Shown here in pieces: positions 12,191 through 24,429 of a stretch of DNA of 64,000 nucleotides. Positions within the stretch are counted from its first letter, which is position 1. Every line of letters begins with the position of its first letter. The stretch lies in contig NIVC01000017.1 of assembly GCA_002269645.1 (NCBI GenBank), forward strand, positions 124,001 through 188,000. Reading direction: 5' to 3'. Source of the DNA: Macrostomum lignano. Lineage: Eukaryota. A program made the translations under genes and the position numbers. The notes below the pieces were generated by a model, which was given only the letters and a program-made list of their open reading frames with translations, had not been told where the DNA came from and ran no database searches.

Positions 12191-13944
12191 GACTTACTAA
12201 GCATTGGGGAGGCAATGCAGACAAAATCAAAATGCGCTGCAAGAAAAAGCGTCGCGGGCAAACCTCGGTGGGAAAAGCTCGGCGGGCAATTCTCCTGCTC
12301 CCATAACTTAAACTAAAGCAAACGAAAAAAAATAATCGTGTTGTGACCTAGAATGCGAGCTAAGTAGTAAACAATTCTGATGGGGTTTGTCCGGTGTCCT
12401 CCACCTGACCAATAGATGATTTCTTATAAAAGTACAAGGATTGTTAAAAAGTACAAAAATACAGTAAACTCTGTGTTTAATGCAATTTACTTACATGCCA
12501 CTTCGAGTTTCGTTGGATTTGAAAGGAAATTCTTTTCAAGAACAAGACTCTTGATTTCCTGTTTCTTGGAAACTTCTTTACATTGCCGGTTCCGCTGGCT
12601 CTAAATGAGTCAACTTGCGCTTAGATTTTCTTACGGCTTCCACTTGCAGCGCAACTTTATATGCAAATTAGTCACAAGGATGTGTGTGTGTTCCATGTTT
12701 TTTTCTCAGAATTACGGAGTTGGGTATAGTTGGCACATGTGTTTAAGGCGCATCAAGATCGCAGACACAATAGAATATAGCTGTCATAAGTATTTTCATC
12801 TCTGCACCGAGCACAGAGAGTTTAACTCACCCTGCAGCCCGCGTGTAATTACACTTGTAGTTTATTTTTAGCCGACTGCAATTCTCCGCTCAAAATTTGC
12901 TTATACTGCTGACAGTACGAGTACAATAATGTAAAATGCATAGACAGTTATTTTTTTCTTATCTTGTCTCTGCTCTTCCGGATGTAAGCTAAACACCTCT
13001 GTTGCTTTTGTCTACATGCTTTGTACTCTAATAAGATTCTTATGATTGCATTAGGTATCCAGGATGTTGCATTTAGTATCCAGGATGTTGCATTTAGTAT
13101 CCAGGATGTTGCATTCAGTATCCAGGATGTTGCATTCAGTAAGGCAGGGCTAAGGTGGGCGTCTGTGTAAAACGTAATTTGAAATTTAGTAAACCGATTA
13201 CTCTTTTCACTTAGCGAATAACAAACTTATTAAATAAGTTATCGAGTAAGGAAACCGAGAAAAAATAGGAAAATGTTGCGGCAGAATATGGTATAGAGAG
13301 GGTAGCAGCTGAGGGCAACAGAGGGTAACAGGGGGAAACAGAGGTAAGCAGAGGGTAACAGAGGGCAATAGAGGGTAACAGAGGGAAACAGACGGTAACA
13401 GAGACAAGGATGCCAAGAATACCCGCAGATTTTATAGAAATAAATTATGATATATAGCTTATTTCTTTCTTGACTAGGCTTATCCATGATTCCATACTAC
13501 ATTGGGGATGTACTTTTTCTAAAATTCTCAAAATTATCCAAAACCTATTGTTTTATCTCTAATTTTCTATATTTTATCTCAAAAGGAAAAAACTAAGCTA
13601 CTTAGCATAGTAGCATCAGCCATTTTTTATAAATCACAGCAATATATTTTAATAAATTAGAGACGTCAAACAAAATTACGATTAAAAAATCACTAAAGCT
13701 GAAATTCGAACAAATATCGGGCATGAAATACACGAAATTCGACTCAGCTGATGGGGAGCAAAAGCAGCAGGGCACAGCTGCACTTGGCAAGTTGTGTGAA
13801 AGGCCCGTGATCTCGCTGCAAAATGCACTGTGCGAGATTGTAATTGCTCAGTTTTTCAAGCATTGAATTGACATTTATTCTAATCTTGTGGACTTTCGGA
13901 TCTGGAGCGCGATTTTTCCAAGATTGATTTCGTGGTTTTACTCA

Positions 13945-14280
13945 ATGGCCACTGTAGTATAACAGTACGCAAAATTAGGGCGCAAGATCGTGTCATTTTT
14001 GGAGGCCAATTTCATGAAAAGACACACTTGCGGAGATACTGTAGGGAAAAATCATTTTTTAATAACAAAAATCAGTGATTGCATTTGATATGGGGGGGGC
14101 ATTGATTTTATTTTGTGCATGCTGAATTCAAAGAATGATAATAAAGACCAACTGTAATCATTGATTTTGTGAAGAAAAAATTGATTTTCCCTATCTCCGC
14201 AGTGTAATTTTTTTCGAGGAAATTGGCCTAAAAAATTACGCGATCATTGACTTTTACTTTCTGTTATGCTACAGTGGTAC
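13945..14280. mobile_element. Imperfect foldback/MITE
   Basis: Inverted pairs: CCACTGTAG/CTACAGTGG and GGCCAATTTC...TGCGGAGATA...AGGGAAAA at about 14004-14050 vs about 14182-14229. Confidence 0.6.
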
Positions 14281-14359
14281 TTGATTTACCATAGACAAAA
14301 CGACCATTCATTTGGAATTCGGAAGGGTCAATTTAGTGCTTGAAAACACCCTATCCGCT

Positions 14360-14727
14360 CAGGGGCGTCGCCATGGATTTTATGGTGGGGACAAAGCCAA
14401 CAATTATAAAATGTACATGTACATGACTAAATTCCTACATGTACATTATTTTCAGAATCGGTGTTGTCGGCACTCATTTTGGCGCTGCAGGCACTCATTT
14501 TGGCGCTGCAGGCACTCATTTTAGCGCCGCAGGCACTCATTTTAGCGCCGCGGGCACTCATTTTAGCGCCGCAGGCACTCATTTTAGCGCCGCAGGCACT
14601 CATTTTAGCGCCGCAGGCACTCATTTTAGCACTTCATCTTCTACATCTTCTGCATCTTCATTTAGCACCCTGTAGATCTTCTACTGGGGGGACATGCCCC
14701 CCTATTCCCCCGTTGGGGACGCCCCTG
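14360..14727. mobile_element. hAT-type MITE with an internal 21-bp tandem array
   Basis: TIR CAGGGGCGTC/GACGCCCCTG, perfect 8-bp TSD TATCCGCT, internal GGCACTCATTTTAGCGCCGCA repeats. Confidence 0.9.
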
Positions 14728-14788
14728 TATCCGCTGGTAAGTAGCTTACTGATGAATTCTCGTCCTTGTAACTTAGTTGTCCATGGAT

Positions 14789-17700
14789 CTACCTGGCGCC
14801 GGGCGGCAAAAAGCAGGCATTCGATTGGCGCTCGATCTCCGCCGAGTCAGTTTTATAGCGCAGCACTCGGACATCCGGTGCCACTTTGGCCAGGTCGAAT
14901 CTGGCGCCTCGACGATGTCTGTTGTCCAGGTAGCCCAGGTGCATGAACCGGTGAATAGCCAGGGTGTTGTTGGTGAGCCACAGTTTCTCGCTTAGGCCGA
15001 ACTTGGCTAAGAAGAGCGCCCGACAGGATTCCATGCGGAACCGGAACCGGCGGTGCACCTGGAAGTAAGGCGGCAGCCGCCTCCAGCGCTCTGGAGTGTG
15101 ACGTAGCGGTTGGGTCAGGGTGACTTCACTTCCGGCTATTGGGATTGGTTAGAGTGACTTTACTTCCAGTCATTTGGGATTTGTTAGGTAGTGAATTAGA
15201 GTGAATTCACTACCAGTCATTGGGATTGGTTAGAGTGAATTCACTTCCGGTTATTGGGATTGGTTAGAGTGACTTTACTTCCAGTCATTGGGGATTAGAT
15301 AGAGTGAATTCACTACCAGTCATTGGGATTGGTTAGAGTGAATTCACTTCCGGTTATTGGGATTGGTTAGAGTGACTTTACTTCCAGTCATTGGGGATTA
15401 GATAGAGTGAATTCACTACCAGTCATTGGTACTAGCTTAGGGTGACTTCACTTCCGGCTATAAGGATTGGTTAGAGTGACTTTACTTCCAGTCATTTGGG
15501 ATTAGTTAGTTAGTGAATTAGAGTGAATTCACTACCAGTCATTGGGATTGAGTTGGAGTGATTTCACTTCCAGTCGTCTGAGAACCCTTTACCGCAAGCG
15601 CCCCGGAAGTGTCCCGGATGGTCCATCAGAGGCGAGAACACTTCCGGCGACAGAAGGCGCAGACCGCGGCGCGTGGACTCCGGCTTGCCCATGAAGTCTC
15701 GGTAGAGATCGGTGAGCAGCAGGGGGCCAGTCGAGCGAAGAATGTCAGCCCCTGTTAGTATCAGTTGAAGTATCGATAAGGTTAGACAAAACTATATTGA
15801 CGGTAGAAATACGCACAAAAATCTTAAAATTAACCATAAAAATAGTTCGTCGCTCTGGCGCACACTATCGTCTCGTAGTGTTAAAACGGAGTCATTTTTC
15901 AAGCCTTATAATCAGCACTCTGTTTTTCTCTTTTGTCGAGTCTTAGCCTTTGCTGATTGGCTGGGACTTCCTTTTTTCAAAACCAAATTTCTCACCTCCC
16001 CACATTTTTTCACCCCAGCTTCAAGCTGATTGGCTGCAGCCCCGCTCTCCTTCTCTCCCTACCCCACTCACAATTTCTCACTCATACCAGATTTTGTCTA
16101 ACCCTAGCTTCAAGCTGATTGGCTGCGGCTCCGCTCTCTTTCTCTCCCTTCCCCCCTCCACTATTTCTTGCCCACCACCGAACCCCTTCCCACTATTTCT
16201 CACCCACGACAGAATTCATATAGGTCTCATTGGATGTGGCCTAGCTCTCAGAGCTGCTGAATATCTAAGCTTTAACTTCCAATGTGTGTATCAATCTATC
16301 AATCAATCTATATTGCTAATCTATATTGCCAGAATTCCTTTTGACTCAGTAGGGACCAAAAAAGTACAGACCAAACTACTATTGGAATAAGCCTATAAAA
16401 ATTAGAAAACGCGCCAGGCCCAGAGGCACACCTTTTTTAGGAAACTGTGTGCACAAAAAATTCTATAAGCGAGAGCATCAAGCAGCCAAAAAATCCCCTT
16501 TTGTTTTATAGTCCAATAGTTTCTCAGCGTCGCACTCCTTCATCAAATATTCCTTGAATGGCACCCCCAGCCTCCCAAAAAAAGCGTGCGCGCAGAACGC
16601 ACTGAGCCACGAAAATGCGACAAAGAGAAAAATAAGGAGAGAAAAGGCTACTGCAGCTACCTCTGCCCTTCCCGCAGGTCTATAAGGCTGCAAATATGTT
16701 GAAAGCAAATTTTTGCTTCGCTGGATGGGGAACGCGGGATGACTGCTTCTAGAGGTGCGTCTGGCTTTCGGCTCCGGTGGTCTGGCAAATATGGCTCACA
16801 AAAGAGGGCATTGTCGGATTAATAAAGTTGGCAACAGTTTGGCGTCATCGACTGGGAAAGAAAAACAAGCTTGCTAATCAATTTAACATGGACAGAAGGA
16901 GTAGAATGGCTTGCTAATCTATCCAACATCAACAGAAGGAGTAGAATGGATTGCTAATCTATCCAACATCAACAGAAGGAATAGAATGGATTGCTAATCT
17001 AGCCTATAGGAAGGAGGACACGATATGAACTGCAACGTCCAACCAGACCTTTGCTAGTGCGCTTCAACCTGGCGATGACGACATCAAAGAACGGATGCCG
17101 CTTGCCGCAGCCCATCACGGAGTTCATAGCGGCGAACTCGGTGCCGTGGAGAATCTGGCTCTGCTCCCAGCGTTCCTGGTCCAGGAAACAGGACTCGGCC
17201 GCGGCCAGGCGGTTGAACGGGCGCAGGCACTGCACATCCATATCGGCGTAGATGCCTGGAGATTCATTTTGGTTTATTGAAAGTTTTTTTTAATCGACTT
17301 TGTTTACTTGGTTTGATTCTAAATATTTCTCTAGTGAGACTTGCTTAAGCTTAGGTCAGGATTAGATTTACAAGTAGGCTGGGGTAGATCAAGTTTAAGG
17401 CGAGTTTAGTTTAGCCTGCAGTTAGTTAGTTGACCAAGTTTAGGTCAAATTTTGGACAGGCCAGGTTTAGGTCAGGTTTGGGATGCATCTAGTTTAGGTT
17501 AACGTTTGGTATACTCCAGGTTTAAGCCAATTTTAAGTCAAGGTTAATTTATGTTTAAATGAGATTTACACTCGTTTTTTTATAAGGTTTGGGCCTGTTT
17601 TAGCCTAGGCCTTGGTCAGACTTGGGTCAGGTTTTGATAACTTTTACGTGTACATTTAAGTTTGGTTTATGCCCGTGAAGTTTAGGTCAGTATTAGGTCA

Positions 17701-20700
17701 GGGTTGATTCAGACTTAAGTCAGGTTTAGACCAGATTTTGGTAAGGTTTAGATCAGTTTTAGGGTAGGCTTCAGTCTAAGTCTGGCTTAGGTCAGGTCAA
17801 GGCTAGGTTTAGGTGAGGTTTAGGCCAGTTTTAGGTCAGACGCCGGAGCCGCTCACCACCAAAATAGCTCAATATGAAGTAGCGCAGCGCATCCGACCTC
17901 TGCAAAGCTTTTGCATAGCCGGAGAACATGGCCGAGTGCACCGGGAATTTGTCGGCGAGAAAGGCGGCCGCGTCGTCGTCAGTCCAGAGCACGTAAGCGA
18001 AGTCGGGATAGTTGAGCCGCAGGCAGGACAGCAGGTGGCCGCGGTAGGCCTCCGGTATGCTTCTGCCGGCGTAGATCTGGTGGAACAGCGGAGGCAGACG
18101 GTCCCGGCATTTCTTTGGATCGTCGCTTCGATTCATTCTGACTGAGTCCGACTGGCCCGAGGCGGCGATCTGCCTGATGAGCTCTTCGACCCGGCTGTCT
18201 GCAGTGTTTGCAGGGTGTCAAGAGTTCGTTGGGGTTGCCTGCCGAACTATGCATATCGTGTACATTAGGGATTCCCCCAGTCTAGTTGATCCGGCGTACA
18301 TTAGGGATTCCCCATTCTAATTGATCCGGTGTACATTCGGGATTCCCCCATTCTAGTTGATCCGGTGTACATTGAGGATTCCCCCATTCTAGTTGATATA
18401 GTGTACATTCGGGATTCCCCCATTCTAGCTGATATAGTGTACATTCGGAATTCCCCATTCTAGTTGATATAATGTACATTCGGGATCCCCCATTATAGTT
18501 GATATCGTGTACATTCGGGATTCCCCCATTCTATTTGATCCGGTGTACATAGAGGATTCCCCCATTCTAGTTGATATAGTGTACATTCGGGATTCCTCCA
18601 TTCTAGTTGATATAGTGTACATTCGGAATTCCCCATTCTAGTTGATATAGTGTAAATTCGGGATTCCCCATTCTAGTTGATATAGTGTAAATTCGGGATT
18701 CCCCATTCTAGTTGATATAGTGTACATTCGGGATTCCCTATTCTAGCTGATATAGTGTATATTCACGATTCCCCCCATTCTAGTTGATATAGTGTACATT
18801 CGGGATTCCCCATTCTAGTTGATATAGTGTACATTCGGGATTCCCCATTCTAGTTGATATAGTGCACATTCGGGATTCCCCATTCTAGTTGATATAGTGT
18901 ACATTAGGGACCCCCTTTCTAGTTGATCTGGCGTACATTAAGAATTCCCAAACCTAACTGGAGTGTGCTAAGTAACAATTCTCTAGAACACTCGGAATTC
19001 CCTCCCTAATCTAGCTGTTCCAATGTACATTCGATATCTCAGTGGCCAGTGGCTTTTCGTGCGATTCACAGCCATGAGGATCAACTACAAGACGCAAAGA
19101 GTGTACATGCCTGACGATTGGAAAGTGCCAGGGCCGATGTACACCCTGTGTGAGCATGTGCATGAGTGCAGTGCCTGCGTACAGTATTGGCGCGCTTGTC
19201 TGTGCTCAGGAGGCAGCGGAATGGGCAGAATTGCCTCAGCGTTGGTTTGTGGGACTTTAGGACGATATCAGGGGGGCTGCTTGCTATTGTAGCTCGTATT
19301 TGGGGGGGTTGCTATCGAAGGAAGCTTTCTATCTGCGGGATGCTTGCTATCTGGAGTGCTTGCTATCGGGGGATGCTTGCTATCGGGGGATGCTTGCTAT
19401 GGGGGGATGCTTGCTATCTGGAGTGCTTGCTATCTGGGGGTGCTTGCCATCGGGGGATGCTTGCTATCGGGGGATGCTTGCTATGGGGGGATGCTTGCTA
19501 TCGGGGGATGCTTGCTATCGGGGGATGCTTGCTATGGGGGGATGCTTGCTATGGGGGATGCTTGCTATGGGGGGATGCTTGCTATGGGGGGATGCTTGCT
19601 ATCGGGGGATGCTTGCTATCGGGGGATGCTTGCTATCGGGGGATGCTTGCTATCTGGGGGTGCTTGCCATCGAGGGATGCTTGCTATCGGGGGATGCTTG
19701 CTATCGGGGGATGCTTGCTATCTGGGGATGCTTGCTATCGGGGGATGCTTGCTATCGGGGATGCTTGCTATGGGGGGATGCTTGCTATCTGGAGTGCTTG
19801 CTATCTGGGGGTGCTTGCCATCGAGGGATGCTTGCTATCGGGGGATGCTTGCTATCGGGGGATGCTTGCTATCGGGGGATGCTTGCTATCTGGGGATGCT
19901 TGCTATCGGGGGATGCTTGCTATGGGGGGATGCTTGCTATCGGGGGATGCTTGCTATCGGGGGATGCTTGCTATCTGGAGTGCTTGCTATCTGGGGGTGC
20001 TTGCCATCGGGGGATGCTTGCTATCGGGGGATGCTTGCTATGGGGGGATGCTTGCTATCGGGGGATGCTTGCTATCGGGGGATGCTTGCTATCGGGGGAT
20101 GCTTGCTATGGGGGATGCTTGCTATCTGGAGTGCTTGCTATCTGGGGGTGCTTGCCATCGAGGGATGCTTGCTATCGGGGATGCTTGCTATCGGGGGATG
20201 CTTGCTATCGGGGGATGCTTGCTATCTGGGGATGCTTGCTATCGGGGGATGCTTGCTATCGGGGGATGCTTGCTATCGGGGGATGCTTGCTATGGGGGGA
20301 TGCTTGCTATCTGGAGTGCTTGCTTTCTGGGGGTGCTTGCCATCGAGGGATGCTTGCTATCGGGGGATGCTTGCTATCGGGGATGCTTGCTATCGGGGGA
20401 TGCTTGCTATCTGGGGATGCTTGCTATCGGGGGATGCTTGCTATTTGGGAGGGGGTGGGTGGGTGCTTGTTGTCTTGGGGATGCTTTCTATTTAGGGGGG
20501 ACGCCTGTTATCTTTGTTGAGGCTTTAGAAGAGATTCATAGCAAAAATCTTTGTCCGTGACAATTTTTACATTATTAAGGTGATTTAAAAATCTGAAGAA
20601 GGAGATGTGCTTTTTTAATTAATTTGCATGAATAATTCTTGCTCTTTGCCATTTGGGCGCCCCGAAGGGGGCACTAGATTGCTAGTATTTATCTATAGAC

Positions 20701-21008
20701 ATGTAGGTACATGCAGGTATTTGCGATCCTGATTAGCTGAGGCACAACAGCTCCACATTGGAAACCTGGCACCAACCCCTTGACAGACCCTTCAGCCCCA
20801 GCGCCTGCTGCTGCACGTGTCGGACCGCCTGCAGCCGGTGGAGTTCCTCCCGGCTCTGCTGCTGCCGCTGCTGGCTGGCCGGCGAGTCGGGGTCATCCCA
20901 GGTCACGTAGACCCAGCGCTGCTGATAGCTGATGTAGCACAGCAGTGCAACTGCGACAATGTAAACTAACTGTCGATAGCTCGGTAGGAAATGATGAAGA
21001 AAGCTCAT
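14789..21008 (-). CDS. GT32 (DXD sugar-binding) glycosyltransferase, SUR1/CSH1-like, about 413 aa, type II membrane
   Basis: Exons 21008-20777, 18198-17857, 17255-17049, 15751-15593 and 15090-14789 give a continuous frame. Motifs FHQIY, YVLWTDDD, LQRSDALRYFILSYFGGIYADMD, STGP. The exon 1 donor is weak. Confidence 0.85.
15120..15570. repeat. Intronic about 34-bp composite minisatellite (GAGTGAATTCACTACCAGTCATTGGGATTGGTTA)
   Basis: Tandem variants visible. Confidence 0.85.
16880..17000 (-). repeat. Short array related to the 286-897 minisatellite, in the opposite orientation
   Basis: GAAGGAATAGAATGGATTGCTAATCTAGCCTA is the reverse complement of that unit's core. Confidence 0.8.
18255..18935. 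repeat. Intronic about 35-bp minisatellite (GTACATTCGGGATTCCCCATTCTAGTTGATATAGT)
   Basis: Tandem repetition. Confidence 0.93.
19330..20445. repeat. Intronic 16-17 bp minisatellite (GGGGATGCTTGCTATC)
   Basis: Tandem repetition. Source of the spurious ORFs in 19166-20560. Confidence 0.95.
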
Positions 21009-21914
21009 GGGAAGCTGAGCCGCTCTGCAGCGGCAGCGGCAGGTCAACAGGCGATGATGCTGCGGTGCTGAGCTGCGGAAAAACTTCAGCTTAGATAACT
21101 GAGGCGGCAATGCCTGCGGATGCTGCAGCAGTGGGCTGTTGCTGCGTTTCATTTGAGTTCAGAGTTCAGTTCTGTTGGATGAATTGAGAGAGGAATTCAA
21201 AATTTATAATTCTATATAGCGGCTTGTATTGGCGCGGAGCTGTCTATGGAGGCTGGGTGGCGGCTGATGGAGAGGGGAGTGAGGGGGTGGCAGCGCTGTC
21301 TGTTGCCACGCAGTTTGGGCACCAGGAGCTAAGTAGCTACCTTGCTAGGAGGGGAGGGAGGGAGAGAGATGGAAGGGAAAACTAAGAGTAAACTACGAGG
21401 ACTCCGTTAGGCCTCTCTGTGGCCTCCAGTTAAAAATAGGATTATGATGAGGGGGAGTCTGCATGGGGGCAGCAACGTTGCTTAAAGAAGAGGAAGCCAA
21501 ACTGTGCGATGTGACGGCCAGCTCAAGTTTCCGCTTTCTGTCCCTTGCAGACTGTGACGGGAAGCATATTGCTTCTGGGGAGTGCCCAGCCCGCCTCAAC
21601 CAAGGACCACTAGGAACACTTCGTTATATATTCGTTCTAGTCTAGTAGTCCTTGGCCTCAACTTTCATCACTTGTACCTGTCTGTTAAATGAGCAAACTG
21701 TTCTGTGTCTTCATTCATGTTGGATAGATTAGCAATCCTCTCGATTAGAAATCGAGATATTGAGTAATTTTGACAATTTTTTTTGAGTGAAATCCTTGAA
21801 TGCTTTTTAGCATTTTTTTTTTATATTTTCTACAGAAGATACAAATGAGACATCAATTCTACTGCCCCGATGCTAAATAATGGGCAGCTTTTGGAAGATG
21901 CAGATAGAAAAGCG

Positions 21915-22255
21915 GAGGGAGAGAGGGTGAGGCAGGGGAGAAGGAGAGTAGAGGAGAGGAAGAAGCAGAGGAGAGGGTGAGGCAGAAGAGAGGGTGAGGC
22001 GAAGGAGAGGGTGAGGCAGAGGAGAGGGTGAGGCAGAAGAGAGGGTGAGGAAGACGAGAGGGAGAGAGGGTGAGGCAGAGGAGAGGGTGAGGCAGAGGAG
22101 AGGGTGAGGCAGAAGAGAGGGTGAGGCGAAGGAGAGGGTGAGGCAGAGGAGAGGGTGAGGCAGAAGAGAGGGTGAGGAAGACGAGAGGGAGAGAGGGTGA
22201 GGCAGAGGAGAGGGTGAGGCAGAGGAGAGGGTGAGGCAGAGGAGAGGGTGAGCAG
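21915..22255. repeat. 18-bp purine-rich minisatellite (GAGAGGGTGAGGCAGAGG)
   Basis: Tandem repetition. Confidence 0.9.
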
Positions 22256-22503
22256 ATGAGACAGAGAGGGAAGATGGACTGCTCGCTGAAAAAGTATTCT
22301 TGAACATCGCAAGTCACCCGCCACTGAATGTTAACTCTCATGTGATAAAACGCAGTCCAGATGCTATTTATAGAACACCCTGAGCTCTATGGTCAAAGTT
22401 AACAAAATCAGCAGCTGCAATTTCTCGCACAGCCACAGCGGCAGCAGGGGATGCCACTAGCCAAGTCCATCGATCAGTTTGAGGTCAGTTGTTCAGTCAT
22501 CCA

Positions 22504-24429
22504 GCCACCTGCCGCGCCACAGCATGACCAACCCGGCGCAGCGGCAGCAGCGGCAAGCTCGTGCCAAACGGCCGGAGTTCAGCATCAGCAGCGCCGTCAG
22601 CGGAATTGTTGGTGGCGACATCTGCGGATCCCGACTTCGATCGCTGTCTGAAGAGGAGCGAGAGATCGTCAGCCGGGTGCTGGGCGGCGACAAGTCCACC
22701 GTCTGGCACGTCTGCCAGAACCTGCGCGACACCGACACGGTGGACAGCAGGTCGTCGGATTTCGACCTGGGCAGCTACGCGCCCGAGTACCGCAGGCGGA
22801 GCTGCTTCAAGCCGAAGGGTGGCCGCGCCACCGCCACCGCCGCCAGCTGCGGGTCGGCCGGCTCGCCTCCGGTGGCCGACATGAAGAGCCGCTTGTCCGT
22901 GGCGCGCACCCAGGAGGCCGCGCCGTGCGCCGGTCCGCGCTCGAATCGTCGGTCCTCGAAACTGGCTGAGAAGGTGATCGCGAAGCACCGGTGGAGCGAG
23001 CAGGCCAGCTACGCGTCCTCGTGAGTTGCGGATTCACTCTGCGGTCATAAAACAGTTTGACCATTGATGCTCCTCGGTGCAAATAGGTGCGAAAACAGAA
23101 CGGGGATTTGGACAGGTGGCCCAGCAACTGAGGATCTGGGAGGCTGGCCCAGCAACTGAGGGTCTGGGAGGCTGGCCCAGCAACTGAGGATCTGGGAGGC
23201 TGGCCCAGCAACTGAGGATCTGGGAGGCTGGCTGAGCAACTGAGGATCTGGGAGGCTGGCCCAGTAACTGAGGATCTGGGAGGCTGGCCCAGCAACAGAG
23301 GATCTGGGAGGCTGGCCCAGCAACTGAGGATCTGGGAGGCTGGCCCAGCAACTGAGGATCTGGGATGCTAGCCCAGCAACTGAGGATCTGGGAAGCTGGC
23401 CCAGCAACTGACACTCTGGGAGGCTGGCCCAGCAACTGAGGATCTGGGAGGCTGGCCCAGCAACTGACACTCTGGGAGGCTGGCCCAGCAACTGAGGATC
23501 TGGGAGACTGACCCAGCAACTGAGGATCTGGGAGGCTGGCCTAGCAACTGACACTCTGGGAGGCTGGCCCAGCAACTGAGGATCTGGGAGGCTGGCCCAG
23601 CAACTGAGGATCTGGGAGGCTGGCCCAGCAACTGAGGATCTGGGAGGCTGGCCCAGCAACTGAGGATCTGTGAGGCTGGCCCAGCAACTGAGGATCTGGG
23701 AGGCTGGCCCAGCAACTGACACTCTGGGAGGCTGGGGGATCTGGGAAAGTGGCGGTGGCCCAGCAACTGGGGATCTGGGAGGGGGGCGGCACAGCTCAGA
23801 CAGTGGTGCTCCAAGTCGCATCAGCTGAGGCATCCAATCGACGGCTCCAATTCCCAACCAGCAGCCTGCAGAGCAGCGGCAGCAGCGATTTCCTACGCGT
23901 CGAGCCGCCGTCAAACTCGCCGCAGCAGCCGCCGCAGCGTCGCTCGGCGTCGACCCGCCGGACAAGAACGGCACCCGCCGGGACTGCCGACTCCGCGGCG
24001 ACGCCCGCAACAGTTCGCTCCGCGCCCAGCCTGACACCGCAGCCACCGCAGTCGGCGACGCCGCAGGCAGATGAGGCGCCGGCCCGGCCGAACTCTCCAT
24101 CGCCGTCGGCCTCGTCGACAACATTTTCGTCGAATTCTTCAATAATTCGTCGACGACATAAAGAACCGATGTTTGCGGCGCGCCAGGCGGCGGGGCCGGC
24201 CGCAGCCGCCTCGACGGACGACCTCAGGCGGCGGATTCGCTTCCTGCCGCTGGCTGAGGCTCTCGACAGGAGCAGCGGCGAATGCGTCGGCGTCGGCGCT
24301 GATTCCCGCGACGATTGGGACCTTGGCGACGTGGAAATTCGTCGATTAGTGCAGCGTCGACGAATCGACACCCTGCTGATGAGAACGTCGACAAGTCGTA
24401 CTAGCCGACTGGGGTTCGACCCTAATTAA
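22504..24429 (+). CDS. Unassigned gene, at least two GC-rich exons separated by a minisatellite intron
   Basis: GC3-rich ORF 22504-23020 ending at a GTGAGT donor, then a low-complexity exon from about 23800. The reading frame across the intron is not resolved and no confident domain is seen. Confidence 0.45.
23115..23770 (+). repeat. 28-bp minisatellite GGCCCAGCAACTGAGGATCTGGGAGGCT
   Basis: Tandem repetition. Same unit as 58608-59475, in reverse orientation. Confidence 0.95.

Larger units (their letters stand above)
10434..12302. mobile_element. Mutator-type MITE (about 250 bp of own sequence) split by a nested P-like element
   Basis: GGG...CCC ends, inverted subterminal GAATTGCCCGCCGAG repeats, and a 9-bp flanking duplication ATAATTTAA / ATAACTTAA (8/9). 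Confidence 0.7.

Noticed and set aside
10566-12198. 8-bp TSD for the P-like element
   Set aside because: The flanks TGCTAATC and GACTTACT do not match.
19166-20560. 464/406/383-aa Gly/Cys-rich ORFs
   Set aside because: 16-17 bp minisatellite. The same applies to the ORFs over 4932-5759, 6583-7609, 21830-22341, 23034-23814, 28575-29285, 39393-40122, 56843-57724 and 58596-59505.
22640-22700. Rab-binding (SHD-like) helix SLSEEEREIVSRVL
   Set aside because: The match is too short and no zinc finger or second motif follows.
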